A stretch of DNA of 64,000 nt from Blastocystis sp. Blastoise. Taxonomy: Eukaryota > Protista > Bigyra: Opalinata. The position numbers were made by a program, and so were the translations under genes. Positions 16,626 to 31,600 of the stretch are shown piece after piece; position 1 is the first letter of the stretch, and every line of letters starts with the position of its first letter. The DNA lies in NCBI GenBank assembly GCA_039096225.1, contig JBBPEB010000009.1:1302001-1366000 (forward strand). The letters are read 5' to 3'. The notes beneath the pieces are model-generated. The model did not search any database, had not been told where the DNA came from, and was given only the letters and a program-made list of their open reading frames with translations.

Positions 16626-19600
16626 CTACATGATTTTGATAATAGCAGTATATTCATTAATAATAATTTCATTAAAGATGTTAGTCATATTATTTATGAG
16701 ATTAATATTGGAGCCATTTCCAGTATTTCTAGTAACAACATTATGTTCAGTAATAAAATTATCATGATTTAAATGATCTCCTTGATGGTTTACTTCTTTA
16801 TCAATTAAAGATCCTATATATCGAGTTATAAGGAAAATAGAATCATCAAGAATAGGAATAACATGAAGATGTACATTTCGTTTTGTTATAATAGTTTTTA
16901 TCATGTTATATTGTTCATCAAAAAAAACTTTCTTTCTACCACAAAAACATTCATTCTTTAATTGACATGACTTATGTGACTTGCGATATTTAGTATTATA
17001 ATCTTGAATATATTCTACAGGAATACCATGTCCATAATAATAACCACATAACATGAGTAAATGATAACAATTGGGTAATTTATCAACGGATTTTAATGCT
17101 TCTACTAAACCACCAGTAACATATTTACATTGACATGATGCACAAAACCCATTTCCAACTTCTGTGAAACTCTTCTTTATTGAATCTTCTGTTTCATTAA
17201 TTATATTAGGAAGAGACATACCTTGTGATGAAACACATGTATTATCATCAACATTACTATATACAACAATTTGATATTGAACTACTGATTTATTTCTATC
17301 ATGCACTTCCAATCTTCTAGAATCTAGTTTTTCTAATATTGAATGAAACATTTTAGCCATGTTATCATGTACTTGATGAATAAAACCACTCCCATCCATA
17401 ACAATAGATAATACAAATGTTACAGGACGATTAATCTTACGACGTTCCCAAGGTTGAGGAATATTATCTTGTTCTGTAAATTGATTCATAACAACTTTAG
17501 TATATAAATCAGGTACAATGTTATCATCTAAATTACCTCCAGCAGCAATATGAAGTTCATTCAAATATCCTTCAATATTTAGTAACCAAATACATGCATT
17601 ACTTATCCATCTAGCTGTACCATCTTCTGACCAATCTCCAAATAATTTACTAGCTGCAGTATCTACAATCATACGACCTTTCATACCTTCATTATCTTTT
17701 AACATAATAGCAGGATTTCCAGAACTATCTTTAGCAAAAACAATAAAGCCTTTTTCTTCAAGTTTCTTTTGATCAATACCAGATAAAGTATAACCTTCAA
17801 AGAATATATTTAAACCTTGATTTATTTTCATCTTAAATTCTTTTTTAAATATTGATGTTCCATAAGGTAAAAACTCACTATTATTAAGTACAATAGGTTT
17901 ATTCTTTTCTTCTTTTGTAATTATATGCTTATGTATGATTTTACCTCCTGGTATATTTGCTGAAGGATCACAAACATTTTGAATATTATAACCATCATCA
18001 TCTTTATAAGCAAAGAATCTTTCAGCTTCAAAATCATTAGGATAATTTTCTAATAACCAGAAAATACCACCACCATGATTATGAAATACATATAAACATT
18101 TAATAAATGCATCAAGACGATCGACTTCTGTTGATTCTTCAGGTAAAATACCATCTCCAGGACTACAAGTAATTACAGCAACTCTATGTTTTCCTTGACG
18201 TAATTCATTAATTGCACTTTGATAACTATATACAATCTTATAATTAAATCCTTTTTGATCATGTAATTTCTGTATTGGACCTTTTAATAAACTGTTTTCA
18301 TTTACTTCAATATCTATAAGTTCTCCCTTTTCATTATATGAACCAGGTCTATGTAAATATAAGATGATAAATAATATAGACCAAGGTGTAAATGCTCCAT
18401 CTTTACCTAAATCATAAGAAGAATTCGAATTATTAAATAAATTCTTATAAGCACCATCTTCTGTTTCTTCTACATTTATAAAACGATTACGTCTTTCATA
18501 TATACTATCCATTTTTATAATCTCTTCAATAATCTTATTATTAAACTTGACATTAAATTTTGTTTCAGATATATTACGATATATATCTGGGTTTGTAATA
18601 TAAACTGATTGACTTTCTGTAGAATTTGTTGGTTGATATATATTATCAATAGCATTCGATAATTTATGAATATCTTGAGACCAAATAAAAGTAGGGAAAA
18701 TATCATTAAAATCAGTAATAGTATATCCAATACCTATACCAATATAAGTACATTCATTAGACATAATAATATTCTTAATTTCTTTTTGTTGATTACTACA
18801 AGGAATACTATCTGTAAATACAAAGAATATACTTGCATAAGGTCTACTATTACTTATAGCTGTAGCTTGTCGAATTGTCTCAGAAAGACAAGATATATTT
18901 GATGAATTTTGAATATTTAAGAAGAATGCTGTTAGTGTGGATTCTGTCCATATATCATAAGTTTGTAAACCTGTTCCAATACATATAGATTTATCACCAT
19001 TTGAAATCCATATATCAACAGATGAAACAAATAATTCTGCTAAACATCGAATAAATAATAGAATTGTTTCAACTGAATGGCGAATATTTAATAAATTAAA
19101 TGAAGATGATTTACAATCTATAATAACAGAAACAGTATATGCACGAATCTTACCACCTGATTTCTTTTTAAATAACTTACCATTACCAGTTTTAGTTAAA
19201 AGGAATTGAATATAATTCTTTAAATGAATAGAAGTACCTGTTGTTGAAGCAATCCAAGCAGTAGCTTTATTTTCTATAATAACATTAGCACTTAATGGTT
19301 CATAAATCATATTCTTAGAAATTATTTCACTTAATTCATTAAGAAGTTCTTTACTTCCTCCAGATGGTGTCTTTTGAAGCATAGAATCATCAATAGAAGG
19401 TAATGAACACTGACCACCAGATCTATTTGCATGAACTACTATATATTCTTTTTGTTCTACATTATCAAGTTTAGACAATGATTTATTATTATCTTTATTA
19501 TTCTTTTCTTCTTGTATAGGTAGATATAATATATCAGTGAGTGACAATGAGTCTGAAGATAAAATACTCTTTTCTATATCATATACTTTAGAAGAAAGAG

Positions 19601-22600
19601 AAATATCAGATAATTTATTAGAACTATAGAATATATTCCACCATTTACATATATTCTGTATACATATACTATCTATAGAATCAATAGTAATATAGTTATT
19701 ATCGAAATTTCTTTTAATTAATTTGAATAAAAGATCATTAGATGTATGTGTTAATGTTTCAGAAGATGATTCATTAGTAATTCCACTTTGAATTAAAAAT
19801 AAGAATAATTTATCTTTATTATCATGTATAAATTGATGTAAATGTTCAGAGATTAATTGTTCAGAAAAACCATCAGATATAATAATAAACTTTTCAGTAT
19901 CAAGTTTCTTTCTTATATCATCAAATCCAAATATATCAAAAGGTGCAGAAGGAGTTTTAATAATATTATCATCATCAAGATCATAAATTATAGATAATAA
20001 TTCATATAAATTATTTGTTTCTTTTGGAATATACATAAAACCTTGACCTCTTCCACATGTAGAATAAAGAGATATCTGAACATTTAACATATAACTAAGA
20101 ATAACAAGAATACTAGTAGCAATAGTTCTCAATCTTCTTTTTTGGGATTTAATTGTAAAATTAATATCAATAATAATATTAATATGTTCTATAATTTGAC
20201 AATCACGTTTTTCTGATTGACGGAAAAGATTATATACTTTTGAGACATATCCTTTATAATTATTTAAAATAAAATTAATAAAATGAGAATCAATTAAACA
20301 TTTTTGATTTTGTACTTTCTTAATACCATTTCTAGTATTATTTGTTTTGATCACACATTGTTCTATATGTTTTGAATTTTCTACTATTGCATTAAATATA
20401 ATATCAAGACTTTTACCATTATATTGTTCTAATAATACAGCAGAACTTTGTTCTAAGAATTCATATTTTATTTCTTCTTCTTCTTGTTCTTCTTGATTTC
20501 TTTTGTTTTTATTCATTTTATATAAAGAATCATCAAATTGAATTTCCATATGACTTCCTTCTTCTTCTTTTTTCTTGATTTCACCTAATTTTGTAAGAGC
20601 GAAATCACTGTTATAATCTCTCATGCAAAATGATTTATTATCAGATGTAGATTCGTTTTCTTTATGTATAGCTTCTTTTGATATATAATTACTACAAGGT
20701 CTTGTAATAATAACAGGCTTTACTGCATTCTTTACACCTTCTACTTGATTTTCCCAATTCATATGATTTGATAATAAACTATTTAATATATTTAATGATT
20801 TCTCAGCAACTGAACGAATACATTTAAAATATTGATCAGAATGATGTTTTATATAAAGTAATGATGAATATAATCTATTAAATTTTTCATAATTTTCAGG
20901 ATGATTATTAATATCTAATATACAATAAGGTATTTTTTGAATTGCTGATATATAATGAAGTATATCAACATTAGATAAATCTTTAATAGAATATGTTAAG
21001 TTATCACCATCAAATAATAAATCTTTATAAATAGAATCAATAGTAACAAAAGGACTTGGAAGTATTATATTATTTTCTACAGTAGGTTCTTTAAAATAAG
21101 ATATTTTATTTTTATTGTCTTTATCTTTAATAATAATGAAATCATGATGAGTAGCTTCATAATTATTCTCATAATCAATTACATAATCTGTATATCGAAT
21201 TTTCTCATATTCAACATTACCTTGCTTATAATTAATAGTTTTCTTATTCTTTACTATATTTAATTCTCTACTAATTGTATAAAACATAAATTGATTATCA
21301 TCATTTTCTTGAGGTAATCCAGAAGGTTCATTTGTTCTGAAATATTGACTTGATTGATCATTCTCACATGTACATCGTATATTGGTATCTGTTTTAAGTA
21401 TTTTATAATTATCTTTTAATTCATAATATATTCTAAATTGTAATTGTATGTCAATTATAGTATTAGGTTTATTAGTATTATTATCATCTTCATTATCACT
21501 TATTCTTATATCTAATTTAATACCATTATCTACATAATTTATAATACAGGAAGTAGATCGTACTTCATAATGATATCCATCAGGATTAAATATAGGTATA
21601 AACATATTATTAGTATGATATGTATTATAATGTTTAGGTAAATGAATAATATATTCATTTTGTTCTGTTGGACATATTAATTGTGGTATAGATTTAGAAT
21701 CTGAAAGAATATAAATATAATTATTTAAATTAATTGCTTTATTATTATTAAAAACACTATAATCTTCTGATTGTGGAGTTAATTGACTTACAGGAATATA
21801 TATACATTTAGAGATACTTCTTTCTAATAAGAAATTATCACGTTCAGTATATTTATGTATATTATCAACAAGTTCATTTATTGTATTCGAATTTATTTGA
21901 TATTCATCACATGTACCATTAATAGATCTTATTACAGATTGAATCTTTTTATCTTTAAGAGGATAGGGTAAAGTTTCACGAATAAAATATTTTGGAAGAA
22001 TTGTAAATGTATCACTGAAATAATAATCTTCTTCTTTTAATAATTTATATTTATTCATAATTTTAAACTTTAAAGGGAATATTATTGGCTTTTTAATCAT
22101 ATCTATATTATCAAGTGTTATAGTAAAAGAAGAAGCATTATTTGTTTCAAGAAAATGAGGTAAAATAAATGTTTGTTTACTTAATTGATATTCATATCGA
22201 TCTTTAATAATTCCTTTCTGATTATATAAGTATAATTTATAAGAATTTATAGGTATACAATAAAATTCAGGAGTTGTTCGTTCATAAATAGGTATAGATT
22301 GAATTTGGTTGAATGTAGATATATTAAAATTTGTATCAAGAATAAATGATAATTTATTATCTTTGAAAAACTGATACATTTGATCAAATACATAATTACT
22401 TAATAACATATATTCATCATTCATATTTACATCATTCATATTTTTATGATTCATTTCAGCAGGTAAACTAAAGTAATATGTATTTGTATCCACTTCAGAA
22501 GGTATATCTTGTAAAACCATTGTATATATTGACATAGGGCAAAAAATATATTCTATAATTTTGTTTTCTTTTATTCTCTTGTTATTATCCTTTTGAAATT

Positions 22601-25600
22601 TTAATTTATTATTATAGATAGAAATAGGTGCTATTTCATTGGATGATGTCATTAATTGCATAGTTATCATAATAGATTTCATTGTAATAGGATATTTTAA
22701 TTCAATAATTTGAATATATTCTTTATTCTTCGGTAGAATCTGACTAAAATATTCTCTATCAAATATTGTGAATTTATTTTGAATAGTATTAAATAATGGA
22801 TTAGTTTCATCTATTGTATATGATTGTTTTACACATTTAGAATTAAAAAATGTATTCCAAGAATAATAATATAATTGTATCATATACCAATTATAATTGT
22901 TCATTTCAGTTTGTATAGTATCTTGATTAGAATAATAATAAGTATTATTTGTATTATTTTCATTATTAATAAGTTGTTTAAATGTGATTACAGATTTTTC
23001 ATATTCTTCCTTTAGTATATTATTTTTTTCTATTATTTTTTCTTTTTGTAAATTAATATCTTTTATTTGTTTTAGAAGTATTTTATGTTCAGAATCAATA
23101 TCATTATTAAATATTTTATTAAATAATTCTGTAAAAGATGAAGAATCACTTATTGCTTCCTCCATTCCTTGAATCCATCGATCATTTAATAATAATTCTT
23201 GAATTAAATTAGAATAAAGAGTAAAAGAATAAGGGAATAATAATTCATATTTAGAAGAACTGTTCAATTTAGAATTCTTTATTAGTGTCTCATAATCATT
23301 TAAGATACGTTTATAGCTATTTAACATATTATAACATAAATCAAGAGAATGAGAAGATATCATTTGATTGGGAGCAAGATACGACAAATTATCATTAGGT
23401 TTATTACATGGATGAGCTTCTATTTCATATATATCATCTTTTTGGAAACAGGATAGGCATCCTATATAATCATCAGTTAAATAATTACTATAACGATTCA
23501 CTAATGCTTCATAAATACAAGCAAAGAAACTAAAAGTATTTAAATAGCAGAAAGGTTTTTTCTTATTAAGAATAGTATTATTATTATAAACACAAGAAAG
23601 CATGCTTTCTAATGAAGTATTTTCATCAAAATATACTTTAAGTTGACCAAAATATCCATGATTTGAACATATAAACAAAGCTTTCTGTAATTTCTTGTCA
23701 CTTATATCTCTATGAACATAGAAATTAGATGATTTCAAAATAGATAGTATTTCACGATTAAAACTAAGCCCATTTTTTGATAGACTACAGTATTGATTCA
23801 TACAATAATTGACTATATATATAATATATTTAATATCTTTTTGTAGTAAAGATTTATCTACAAACAAGTACTTTATATCCATTTCAATAAGTTTTAATGC
23901 TTCAATATTATTAAAGAATAAATTAGTAATATCAATAGATGGATTCATAGTCATACATACAAATTGTGATAGATATTCATATTGTTTCCAATAAACATTA
24001 TCCATTTTCAATGAATCAAATTTCTTATATTGAATAAAATGATTTTCATTTGAAAGAGATTCTAAATCAATATTATCCATAGAATTCTTATTATTTGTAT
24101 ACATTTGTTTAATAGCATCTTGTATATTTTCATTACATGACTTAATGTTATTCGATATATATAAAGGAAGATAGATACCATCTATAGCAGTAAAATAATA
24201 ATAAGTTTCAATTCTTCTCTGTTCTAATTTATGTATAAATGTTGTTAAATCTTTTGTAGATATATTATGATCCATTATATTCACATATTCATTATGTATA
24301 GTATTATATAAGTCATTTATAGAAGTATATAAAGTTTTTGCTTTTGAATGGTCAAGTTGTATTTGCTTATATTTTTCAGAGAAATCGTGAGCAGATAAAC
24401 TAATAGATTCATAATCCTTTAATAATTGTAAAAGATAATCTGAAGATATAGTATTTATATTTTTTTCTAATTCAGTATAAATATTTTTTATATCAGTATC
24501 TTCTATAGAATCATAGAAAAATAACATTTTATCTAATATATAACATAATATAAATCGTTGAGAGATTGTTTCTACTTTAAAATAATCACATGGATTATTC
24601 TCTTCTACGAATGCATTATTTTCATCTGTAATTGAAATATTATTATTAGCTTCAAAGAATTGATTTGAGAATAATTTCCATCTATTAATACTAATGATCT
24701 GAGAAAATGAATTCTGCCCAATTACACCATCTATATTATTATGTATAGATAATATTTCCATTATTTTAGAAAGAGGATAATAAAGAACACTCTTTAACCA
24801 ATAATAAAGATATTTCTCCATTTTTTTATATCGATCATTTTGATAGAAACTTTGAATATTACGTTGTAAACATACATATATTTGATTACGAAGATTACTC
24901 TGTTTCTCTATTGTAATATTACGATTATATAGTAAATCAATAAAATCATCTTCAAAAACAGTATTTTGATTATTATCTTTTGATCGCTTTCTATTTGTTA
25001 TATTTATATTATTTTCAAATTCTGTGTTTAAAAGTTTATGAATATCTTCTTGAGAATTTAATATACGTACAGCTTTTCTCCAATGAATCATATTTATAAT
25101 ATTATTAGATAGAATAGATGGCTCTGGAATATAATTACCAAATGGATTATCAAAAAATACTTTTGAATCACATAATTCACATATTTGTTTAAGACTTGAT
25201 AAAGGTTCAGTATATAAAATAATACATCTACTTTGTAAAGGAGCAGCAATAGAAGAAATATTATTACTTGACATAGTTAAAATTAATCTAAAGTCTTCAT
25301 GTATATATTTATATCCTAGTTTCTTTTCACGAGAATAATAATAATTTTCTTTTCCTTCATTTATAGCTAAAGTAGGATTTTCTTCACATAAAGGATTAAT
25401 TCGTTCTAATATATCATTCTTTGCTTGTTCAATACCTTCAAGATTTAAGAAATAACCTTTTTCCATAGCTTCTAATAAAGGACCTTTTTTAAATACTAAT
25501 TGATCTTGATTTGTTTGTTGAGAATTATCTAAATTTGAAGATACTTTATTTAAATTTGAATTAGGTTCTAATCGACCTATTAATAAAGATGAATTACTTT

Positions 25601-28600
25601 CAGCATTTATAGGTACATTAAGAATAGTTTGATTTAATAATTTAGCAAAAGTACATACAGTATGTGTTTTACCAGAAGGAGAAGAACCATAAATTAAAAT
25701 AACACGTCTAGAAGAATATGAAGAAACTAATTGATATAATAATAATTTTTCAGAAGAAGTTAATAATAATGAATTATTATTAAATCCAGGAGTATATATA
25801 GAAATAGGGAAACTACTTGTTAATGTTAATTTATAAGAATTATTTTCAGTTTGATGACAATTAATATCAACTCTATCTTCTTTATTAGAAGTATCTATAC
25901 CTAATGAGTTTTTAAGTTTATCTCTTTCTATAGGTGGATAACGATATGCTATAGATAAAAGTAAAGAAGCTTCTAAAGATAATATAGATGATGAAAAAAT
26001 ATCTCTAGTTTTTAAAATATCTCTTAATGAAAATGGAATACCATTTTGTTTTCCTAATTCAATAGCACATGAAACTATATTTTGTATAATTTTCTCAGCA
26101 TTATTCTTAGCTATTGGAGTACCAAACGATTTTGATATTTTTTCTTTAACTGATTCATTATATTGATAATTAATAATAAGATTACTACTTAATTTAGTTA
26201 ATTCAAATATATTAAAATCTAAATCTTTATAATAATAACCTAATTTTAATAATGATTTTGGTAATGTACCACGACTACTTGATAATGTAGGTGGATTCTG
26301 AGAAATAACAATAATAATATGAGGTAAATGATCTATTTGTTTATATCCAGGAATATAAAATTTCTCATTATTACAACTTTTATATATAAGATCAGTAATA
26401 GTATCTAATAATTCTGGAGAAGCAAGATTTAATTCATCTAATAATAAACCTATAGTATATCCATTTTTTCTAAATGAATATTGATTCTTTGTTAATCTAG
26501 TTGGAGTCTTTTCATTATTATTAAAAGTATAATAATAATTTGAATACAATGATTTTTGGAAATCTTTGTTTTCTATTAAAGTATTAGTATTCTTATTATA
26601 TATATTTAGCATATCTATATTTTGAGATAATAAATAAGTTAATTCTGATTGTTCAAAAGTAGCTGTATTATTAGAGAATTCATTATGATTATCTTTATCT
26701 GCTTTAGATTTAATACTTTGAATACCAAAAACATTTCCTAATTCTGTATTTTGAGCAAAATTTATTCGAACAAAAGGAATTTCTAAATAATTAAAGAAAC
26801 GAACAACTAAATCTGATTTTCCAATTCCTGGTGCTCCTTCTAATATAAGTGGATAATGATTAATTTTTTCATTTTGAGTATTATATTGATTGTTATTATT
26901 AATAGTAATAGTTGAAATATCAGAACTCATAATTAAAGATGTAAAAATATGTAATGAAGTTAGTGTTTCATGAAGTGGCATATTTATTTGTTTTTGTTTT
27001 TGTATTATTGAAGAATATATACTTGATATACATTGATGAAATAATGAACCTAAAGCTTCTATAGTATTAAATGAATCTAAATTTGTTGGATACAAGAAAT
27101 AATTCTTAAGTTGATTAATTTGTTCTTGATTTTCAGTGGAATTTAATAATTGTTGTCTTTGATTTTTATCAGAAGAAATATATTTTAAATAAAAAGAAGC
27201 ATCTTTATATCCATTTTGAAAATAGGGTGATAGATTCTTAACTTTATATAAGAAAGATAATGGTTCTTTATAATATTCTTCATCAAATCCATTTACAATA
27301 TTTTTCTTTGCTTCAGAAGTATAATCATTACAAGATATATACATAAAATAATTCTTTAAAGGAGTTTTTCCATATACATCTTCATCAATAGTAGCAATAA
27401 ACCGTTTATTTCCAAGATTAAATTCAGGATTCTGTTCACTTTCATGAAGAATAAAAGGTATATTATTATATGTACTTTCTAAAAGAGATTCCATTCTAGG
27501 TAATACATTTTCACTTAATAAATCCATATGATTAAAACGAACTATTTTATTTGAAAATAAACCAACTATAATTTGACCAGGTTTAAATATCATTTGTGTT
27601 GATGTTGTTTCTTTAGATTTATTGTCCATTGTATGAAGCCATTTTGTATATGATTCGTTAGTATTATTAGTTAAGTTATTATTATTCATATCTACTTGAT
27701 TATCAACACTTGATTTAATATTTAAAATAGTATTGTGTATTTCAGTCTGATTAGCAATTGTATTATATCCAATTAAATAATCATTATCTAATGATCTTGA
27801 TAATTCTATTTTATATGTACTTAAATCTCCACAAATATTACTTATAAATGTATCTATAGATTCATGACCACCAATAAGTAATGGAGGAATAGGAGTTATT
27901 CTTTGTACTAATAAAATACGAAGAATTGAAGAATAACACCATTCTAAATTATCTAAAGAAATATTCTCTACATAAAAACTTAATATAGTATTATGTAAAC
28001 TTTTTGTTTCTTTATCATAAGAACAAGGTAAATGAATAAGTGTATGAATAGATTGTATTTTCTCATTTATTAAAGTAGCTAACTCATCTTCTGATATATT
28101 TTTTGTATCTTCTTCACGAATAGTATATGATGCTATATTATGTAGAAATGGAGAATTTATTTGTAGATATGAATCAGGTTGATATAAACAGACAATATAA
28201 GCCATATAAAATGAAGGATCAGATGTAAATATTTGTTTATTATCGGCTTTATTATTTACTATATACTCATAAATCTTATTAAAAATTACTAGTTGATTGA
28301 TAGGTATAGAATCATAGATATATAATGATTGTAAAACATTATTTGATAGTAATTTTGCTAATTCTTTCTTTGTATATGTAGGTATACTAACTTGATTAAT
28401 ATAAGTTGGTAATGTAAATTTAATTTTATCATTTTGATTAGATCTAAATACATAAATTACTCTAAATGTATCAGAAATCGTATATTTATCATTAATATAT
28501 AATACTTCATTTGATAAAGGATCTATAAACTGTTGAATAGATTCTAATAATTCTTCAGATAAATATTGAGCATTTTCAAATATAATAATATATCCATTTT

Positions 28601-31600
28601 TAAGAGCTTCAATTAATGGACCATCTTTATGACTATTTTCAGTATTATTACCTATAGAAGCAATAGTATAACTTCCAACTAATTGTGTAATATCTGTATC
28701 AGGAGTTAAATAAATAGTTTTAACATGATTCAAAGAACATCTATTTAATAATCTATGTAGTATATATGATTTTCCAGAATTACTCTTTCCAATAAGAGCA
28801 GTTGTTCTATTTTCACATAAACTTCTAAAAAGGCTTGTATAATATTTTTGACGAAGGATTGGTTTTCCATTAGCAGTTGTAAAAAGAGATAATTGTTTAT
28901 TGTCTATATAATCTTTTATTAATTGTGAGAATCCATCAGAAGTCTGTGTGTCTTCAATATCACACATTTGATCAATAAATCGTAAAGAATCATGTAATTT
29001 CTTTTTAGAAAAGAAATCATTTTGCTTCTGTATAGTTCTTTCAATATATTTATATATTTCTAATGTATCGTCTTTCTCATTATTTATAATATCTGAAAAG
29101 TATCGAAGATCTTTTAGAGGAGCTGATTTGATCTCCTTTGATATATTCTTTATAAGAGTATTAGGTATATAAATATGTGTAAATCGATTATTTAATGCAG
29201 GAGAAAATTTTTCTAATGATTTATAAGCACTTGTAGCAATTATTCTAAATTGAGGATTGACTTCAATATCACTATTTTCTTGTCTTTCATCAAAACGAAC
29301 ATCTTTAGTTGATAGTGTCATATCTTTAGAATTATTATTTCTACGAAATTCAATTTCTAATAAATTATTTAATCTTTCTAAAGAAATACTATTCATAAGA
29401 TCTATATTTTGTAATACATTTATATATCCTTTAATAGCACTATGAACAAGAGTAGAATCATTCCAAATAGGAATAAGTTGTTTATGATCTTCAGAAGGTC
29501 CAAGAGTAGAAGCACCAATTAAAGTCTCACTAGTAATTGCTTTAGAACAATATGTAGTACTATATCCAACACCAAAATCACCAGATCTTATAGATATTAA
29601 ATCTGTTTTTTGTTTGTTTAACTTATATCTATGATATAAGAATGCATAAACATATTTTCTTGCTGTATATTCATCATCAGCACATACGAGAACATGAGAT
29701 CCTGAACTTAATGCAACATTCAATAAATCATCTATATAAAAATATACTAAAGGATCTAAGGGAACAATAGGATAATCACATAATTCTTTATGTTTATTAT
29801 AGGCAGATTCTTTTAATGTAAATAATGTATTCAGTGATTGTTTTTTATTATATACTAATGCATTAATATATTCATTACATCTTGAATCATCATGATATCC
29901 ATAATAAATAGATATAGCTCTATTAATATCTCTTATTGTATAAAGTTTATTTACTAATCTTTTAGGATCAGCATTTACTGCTGATATATGACTAGTATTT
30001 AAAAGTTTATTAAACTCTGTAGTTAATCTCTTCTTTAGAATAAATGATTCAATTTCTGAAGGAGATATAGGAGGAAATAACTTCTCATTTAACACTCTAA
30101 AATAATCTTTAATATCTGTATTTAATGTATTTCGTTTATATACAGAACCAGCAGGATTTTGTGTAGCTATAATACGGAAATAAGGATTCATTTCTCTTAT
30201 TTCATATTGTCCAAGTTGATCAATAAAGATTTGTTTAGAATCTAAGAAAGATAAGATTGATTGAACAATAGATTGAGGAGCTAAAGACATTTCATCTAAT
30301 AATAATATACCACCATGAATAAATGCTTCTGTGAATGCACCAGATTTAAATATAAAAGTACTTCCATTCTTATTAGTTTTTAATGCAATATCACCAATTA
30401 AATCTTCAGGAGAAGACGTAGGAGAGAAATTATAACGAATAATACGAATACCTCCTATTTTACATATATATTCTACACTATAAGTTTTACCACTTGATGT
30501 AGGTCCTTCAATTAATAATGGAATATTATATTGAATAGCTGTTTTAACTTGATTAATTCTTTTAATAGAATCTTCAGTTTCTATATAATCATTCATAAAA
30601 GAAGATGGTTTAAATGAATAATAAGGATAAATAATATATTCCTTTCCACGAATAACATATTTCAATGATGAATTATTTGAATGAACAATCATATAATCAC
30701 CAGTACATTTATATAAATATGGTTTTTTAGATCCATTTTCAGAAGAAAAAAGTAATATATTATCATTTTTATAACTAATTTTTTCAGTTACTTTTGTATC
30801 TATATTTAGACTCTTTATAGAAGGATGAATAATACAATAGAAATATATAGTTTTTGACATAAAATTATATTTTGCTTCTTTTCTTTCTGTTTCAATTAAG
30901 GGTAACGTAAAGAATACTTTTCTATCATTGATTATAGTTGAGAAATGGAAATATTGATCTTTAGAAATAGAAGATAATCCATTATACAGAGCAATAGGAA
31001 GAGATAGAAATGAAGACTCATTTTCAAGATTCTTATAAGTTTTATTTGTATATAAAGTAAGATTTTCGAATGTTTGGAAATAAGATGTCTTAGAAGATTC
31101 GTTATATATATAATAACATGGTTCTAAAGGAGAATAACCACATGGACTAGGATGATTTTCTAAAGTAGAAGCATAAGAAGAAGGATCTGCTTTTTCTATA
31201 TTTTGTGTATTACCTATATAATTAATATATATATGTATATATGTATGATAAGAATACAAAGGATTATATATAAAGAATATAAACATAAAATAATTCTTAT
31301 AATTTTTTACCTGAATCATATTCTTTAATAAAGAACTCATCGTCATATTGAGAGATATGTTTTAGTGGATTATTATTTACCTATATATATATATATCATA
31401 AATACTTATCTATTAGTAGCAAAGACTTATTTATAATAAAACAAATATATATATAGGTTTATATATACATATATAATATCATGTTTGTATTTATCATTTG
31501 TTGTTATGGAATTAATAAATACATAAGCCATATAATAATTATATAAATAAGTTTCTTTTTCTGTTAACTGATGTTGAAATGAAAAAGATATTTGAAAAAG

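Noticed and set aside
31214-31346. ORF-track start MTMSSLLKN.. of the 4906-aa ORF
   Set aside because: It reads an upstream exon in the wrong frame and runs through a GT-AG intron (31310-31214); the real gene continues upstream.
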